Below are positions 59,169 to 64,000 of a stretch of 64,000 bases of DNA, piece by piece. A model generated the notes under the pieces. That model had not been told where the DNA came from. It searched no databases and saw nothing but the letters and a program-made list of their open reading frames with translations. The position numbers were made by a program, and so were the translations under genes. This DNA comes from Nemertoderma westbladi (lineage: Eukaryota > Animalia > Xenacoelomorpha). Each line of letters opens with the position of its first letter. Position 1 is the first letter of the stretch. The stretch covers positions 1 through 64,000 of the forward strand of contig JAUCBJ010008088.1 of the NCBI GenBank assembly GCA_032718475.1, written 5' to 3'.

Positions 59169-59720
59169 ATTACAGGAAGGTCTGTGGAGGATGTGGGAGA
59201 CGGATTGGGAAGTACAGGAGGATCTGTGGAGGATGTGGGAGATGGAGTGGGAAGCTCAGGAGGATCCGTGGAGGGTCTGGGAGACGGAGTGGGAATTACA
59301 GGAAGGTCTGTGGAGGATGTGGGAGACGGAGTGGGAAGTATAGGAGGATCTGTGGAGGGTGTGGGAGTCGGAGTGGGAAATACAGGAGGATCTGTGGAGG
59401 ATGTGGGAGGCGGAGTGGGAAGCTCAGGAGGATCTGTTGAGGGTGGGAAAGAAGGAGTGGGAATTACAGGAAGATCTGTGGAGGATGTGAGAGACGGAGT
59501 GGGAAGTACAGGGGGATCTGTGGAGGGTGTGGGAGATGGAGTGGGAGATACAGGAGGGTCTGTGGAGGGTGTTGGAGACTGAGTGGGGGGTATGGGGGGA
59601 TCTGTAATGTGGAGGGTGTGGGAGACGGAGTGGGAAGCTCAGGAGGATCTGTGGAGGGTGGAGATGAAACCGATGAACAATTTACAGGTTTTGACTAACT
59701 GCTCTGCTATAGTGATATAT

Positions 59721-60110
59721 TAATTTAAAGTTTATTATAAAACGGCATCCAGCTTCCAGGGGGTTCATGTTAAATAACAACAGTTTCAACTACTCTCCCA
59801 TCTCCACTTCGGGTCTATTCCCCCAACATATAAAATTGATATTTTTAAAACTACCAACGTTTCATTGCCATTAGGGCCATCATCAGGGTACTTGTGACGC
59901 ACGACACAATACAACAGCAAAAACTATAACTATAATTTATAATTTAATTTATATATTCCTTTAATAACTATAGTAATTAACTAATTACAGTATAAATGTG
60001 TAGGCCTACCTACGGTACAGTAAGTAAAAATAATTTTTAAAAATATCAATTTTATATGTTGGGGGAATAGACCCGAAGTGGAGATGGGAGAGTAGTTGAA
60101 ACTGTTGTTA
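59721..60110. mobile_element. Short Penelope-like insertion with inverted repeat and minimal hammerhead
   Basis: 13-bp TSD TATAGTGATATAT (59708-59720, 60111-60123); ~77-bp inverted repeat (59774-59850 vs ~60035-60111); minus-strand TACC-CTGATGA...GAAACGTT-GGTA at 59852-59890. Confidence 0.75.
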
Positions 60111-60624
60111 TATAGTGATATATAACAGTTATAAACTTAACAGTAAACAGAAAGTCATAGTAATAAACAGTAATAGAATAATAAGTAATAAACAGAAATA
60201 TGAACCATAAAGATTTATTATGATTGATTATATTTTCAAATAAGATTTATTGGGATGTGTTACTGGGATCAGGAATGGCTGCATAGCTCCCACTCAGAGA
60301 CGAAATCTAGGTTAATTTAACATATCAGTGTAATTACAACTGGTGTTACATGGTGGGACAAATTGTTACAGGCATCGGAAATTACCATGCAATGGCTCTG
60401 ATTGGCTGATATCGAGCGTTACATTGGGGGACAAGTGTTACAGGAATGGACATCTGTTTTTCTCAATTATTTGTTACCATGAGGTCGGGGCTATTGGGAA
60501 ATTACCACCATTGAATTCAGCGCATCGAGAGCTTTCTGGTGATATATAATATTACATACTTTGGGAAACTTTTTTTTTTTTTACAAAAAAATGAATTTTT
60601 TTGGCCACTTTTTGTGAGTTTGAC

Positions 60625-60718
60625 TCCTATCCCATATCTCACTTACTCACCTATCCCATACCTCACTTACCTATCCCATACCTCACTTACTCACCTATCC
60701 CATACCTCACTTACTAAC
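60625..60718 (-). repeat. ~24-bp tandem repeat of splice-donor-like motifs starting at a PTP donor site
   Basis: Sense strand GTTAGTAAGTGAGGTATGGGATAGGTGAGTAAGTGAGGTATGGGATAGGTAAGTGAG..., about 3.5 copies. Confidence 0.8.
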
Positions 60719-60856
60719 CCTGTGCTTTTCCTTGATTTTAGTTATCATAACAATAACCGGACAGTTCCAATAGAACGCCATGTTCCAGAAATCGGCAATA
60801 GTATTGGGCAGGGGACCCTGTGTGGCTATAAAGGCCTCTGGCTCCCCTCGATATCC
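60719..60856 (-). CDS. PTP exon (IATQGP / DFW motifs)
   Basis: [46 protein letters not shown]; 138 nt. Confidence 0.95.
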
Positions 60857-60974
60857 CTGGTGGAAATTACAAATATGTCAAAATATGTCAATAACTCTAG
60901 ATACATTTAAATATACCATATAATTTGATATTAAATATTATATAAATAATTATTATAAATATAACATTTAAGGA

Positions 60975-61062
60975 TGCAAGACCCTGGCCGCCACGTGGGA
61001 TCGAACCCACGACCTCCGGAGAGATGTGAATATAAGGCAACTGACTTAACCACTTCGCCGAA
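60975..61062 (-). mobile_element. tRNA-derived SINE head / tRNA-like relic
   Basis: A box GGCGAAGTGGTTAAG and B box GGTTCGATCCC; no proper cloverleaf between them. Confidence 0.55.
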
Positions 61063-61403
61063 GTGGGACATATTTAACCATAACTGGAACCTATTACTTG
61101 TAAAATTAAAATAACTGTTTTAATGATATAATATTTTTTAAATCTAACAGTAAATAAATTTGCTACAACGTTTTCATTATTATTTATGAACTCCATTTAT
61201 ATTATAAAACTTAGCAGTAAATTTGAGAGCCGATTCCCAAAGACATTCCTACAAAATGTAATTAGCAGAAAGTGAATTGCTAAGCACCGGCGCACAATCC
61301 GCAGTTGAGGAACAGCACGCAGGGTTGTTCACCGGTGGTCAATCGGAAGTCATAAAGAAACTGGTTTCAGAGCCGCAGCTAACGTGTTATACGAATTACT
61401 CAC

Positions 61404-61822
61404 TTCAATGAAGTTTGCGTTGATGTAGGTATCGCCTAGGTTGGTAGAGGTTGTCTGCAGCGGGACCCGGGAGTGGAGGTTGGGCAGCATATTGTAGCGG
61501 TTCTTGGTTCGAACCCCGTGGATGTCGAGTTGTTCCGCGTGATTCATGGGGATGTCCCAGAACTCGAGATGGAGTTGGGGCAACGCGTCGCGGTGCCGGA
61601 CCAACTCGACCCAGGACAGCGAGTGGCTGTAGGAGTCGAGGATTCGTCGCACATTGGCCGCGTCCATGTGGAACGGACTCGGGCTGAGACTGTCCACGTC
61701 CGCGCCAGTCTGCGGTTTGATCTCGATGGTTAGCGACGTGTTGGAGCCCCTGCGTTCTAGTAGACCTCGAGTTCGGGCGCGTTTCAGTTGCAGGTTCTCC
61801 GTGGACGGCTGAATCTTGCGAC
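61404..61822 (-). CDS. PTP exon with kinase-interaction motif (KIM) and start of the catalytic domain; PTPRR/PTPN5/PTPN7/PTP-ER-like
   Basis: GLLERRGSNTSLTIEI (KIM consensus LQERRGSNxxLxL), then KNRYNMLPN and YINANFI. Confidence 0.95.
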
Positions 61823-62004
61823 CTGAACAATAAATATCTTACAGTTGTTGTGGATAGTAACTATAGTAACTATAAACAACCCCAAAACACAAATACCATA
61901 ATATTGATAAACCGGTGAACGATTGGATAGGCAGATAACTAAACCTGGAATGTAAGTGGATTAAAGGGCATAAAATATAATTTAAAGAGGTTAGAGGAAT
62001 TACA

Positions 62005-63990
62005 TTGACTCACCTAGAATAATCTAGAACTCATGGAATATTGTCTCACCTAGACTAATATTAGAGTTCATAGAATATTGACACACCTAGACAAAGACTA
62101 GAGTAGAGATCATGGAATATTGACTAAGTTAGACTAAGACTAGAGCTCATAGAATATTGCCTCATCTAGACTAAAACTAGAGCTTTGGAATATTGACTCA
62201 ATTGCCTAGACAAAGAAAGTCTAGAGCTCATAAAATATTGACTCAGCTAGACTAATACTAGAGCTTATGGAATATTGGCTCACATAGACTAAGACTAGAG
62301 TATAGCTCATGGAATATTGACTCACCTAGACTAAGACTAGAGCTCATAGAATATTGACTCACCTAGACTAAGACAGAGTTCGTAGAATATTGACTCACCT
62401 AGACTAAGACTAGAGTCATGGAATATTACTCACTTAGACTAAGACAGAGTTCGTAGAATATTGACTCACCTAGACTAAGACTAGAGTCATGGAATATTGA
62501 CTCACTTAGACTAAGACTAGAGCTCACAAGAAAATTGACTCACGTGGACTAAGACTAGAGATCATGGGATATTGACTCACTTAGAATAAGACAGAGTTCG
62601 TAGAATATTGACTCACCTAGACTAAGACTAGAGTCATGGAATATTGACTCACTTAGACTAAGACTAGAGCTCACAAGAAAATTGACTCACGTGGACTAAG
62701 ATTAGAGCTCATATAATATTGACTCACCTAGTGACTAAGACAGAGTTCATAGAATATTGACACAACTAGACTAAGATTAGAGCTCATATAATATTGACTC
62801 ACCTAGACTACGACTAGAGCTCTAGAATATTACCTCCTTGACTCACTTAGAATAACACTAGAGCTCATAGAATATTGACACAACTAGACTAAGATTAGAG
62901 CTCATATAATATTGACTCACCTAGACTACGACTAGAGCTCTAGAATATTGCCTCCTTGACTCACTTAGAATAACACTAGAGCTCATAGAATATTGACTCA
63001 ACTAGACTACGATTAGAGCTCATAGAATACTGACTCACTTAGACAAAGACTAGAGTTCATAGAATATTGACTCACTTAGACTAAGACTATATACAGCTCA
63101 TAGAATATTGACTCACCTAGACAAAGACTAGAGCTCTAGAATATTGCCTCCCCTAGACTAAGACTAGAGCTTATGGAATATTGACTCACCTAGCCTAGAC
63201 TAAGAAAGACTAGAGCTCACTGACTCACCTGGACTAATACTAGAGCTTATGGAATATTGGCTCACATAGACTAAGACTAGAGCTCATGGAATATTGACTT
63301 ACCTAGACTAAAACTAGAGCTCATAGAAAATTGACTCACCTAGAATAAGACTAGAGCTTATGGAATATGGACTTACCTAGACTAAGAAAGAGCTCCTAGA
63401 ATATTGACTCACCTAGACTAAGACTAGAGCTCATGGAATATTGACTTACCTAGACTAAAACTAGAGCTCATAGAAAATTGACTCACCTAGACTAAGACTA
63501 GAGCTTATGGAATATGGACTCACCTAGACTAAGACTAGAGCTTATGGAATATGGACTTACCTAGACTAAGAAAGAGCTCCTAGAATATTGACTCACCTAG
63601 ACTAAGACTAGAGCTCATGGAATATTGACTTACCTAGACAAAAACTTGAGCTCATAGAATATTGGCTCACCTAAACTAAGAAAGACTATAGAGCTCATAG
63701 AATATTGACTCACCTAGACTAAAACTAGAGCTTATGGAATATTTGCTCACCTAGACTAAGACTAGAGCTTATGGAATATTTGCTCACCAAGACTAAGATT
63801 AGGACTCATGGAATATTAACTCATTTAGACTAAGACTAGAGCTCATAGAAAATTGACTCACCTAGTAGACTGGGATACAGAGTTCATAGAAAATTGACTC
63901 ACCTAGACTAAGACTAGAGTTCATAGAATATTGACTCAACTAGAGCTATCGAATTGACTCACCTAGACTAAGACTAGGGCTCACAGAGTC
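62005..63990 (-). repeat. 37-bp minisatellite (~50 copies) made of the PTP exon end plus 5' splice donor
   Basis: Sense unit AATATTCTATGAGCTCTAGTCTTAGTCTAG|GTGAGTC, matching the exon end at 63963. Confidence 0.9.
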
Positions 63991-64000
63991 CATCTTGACT
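63963..64000 (-). CDS. Probable 3' end of the upstream PTP exon (cut by the window edge)
   Basis: GTC AAG ATG GAC TCT GTG AGC CCT AGT CTT AGT CTA G|GTGAGT = VKMDSVSPSLSL(G); phase 1 matches the 61822 exon. Only 38 nt are visible. Confidence 0.6.

Larger units (their letters stand above)
55075..59660. repeat. 39-bp purine-rich minisatellite interrupted by an RTE LINE
   Basis: Unit ggagacggagtgggaagtacaggaggatctgtggaggatgtg at 55075-56732 and 59169-59660, inside a PTP catalytic-domain intron. Confidence 0.95.

Noticed and set aside
60975-61062. Functional tRNA gene
   Set aside because: A and B boxes are present but acceptor and anticodon stems do not form; better explained as a SINE head.

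Overview
AT-rich animal (probably invertebrate) genomic DNA with spliceosomal introns. It contains parts of three host genes: (1) the 3' half of a delta-like ionotropic glutamate receptor on + (6 exons, 4057-37057); (2) a complete two-exon Chibby homolog on - (39323-40568); (3) the 3' part of a KIM-motif protein tyrosine phosphatase (PTPRR/PTPN5/PTP-ER type) on - (51764 to beyond 64000). The main discovery candidate is a young 15.2-kb BEL/Pao LTR element (17427-32651; 1190-bp LTRs with one mismatch seen; TTCGT target-site duplication, TSD) in the last iGluR intron. It keeps gag-protease, has lost RT, most of RNase H and integrase, and carries an intact 1419-aa non-env ORF with a DEDDy (WRN/EXD/Mut-7-like) 3'-5' exonuclease domain and three CCHC zinc knuckles. 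It has no tRNA primer site but has a possible Tf1-style self-priming complement, and covarying RNA hairpins lie upstream of the extra ORF. It is nested in a Sola-like element inside a piggyBac-like element. Separately, three tandem arrays consist of amplified 5' splice donors in the sense orientation of their host genes. Also present: an RTE LINE with an intact truncated ORF, a 26-bp LINE stub, a SINE, MITEs/foldbacks, Penelope-type hammerhead relics and large minisatellites. All calls come from reading the sequence; no database searches or folding programs were run.
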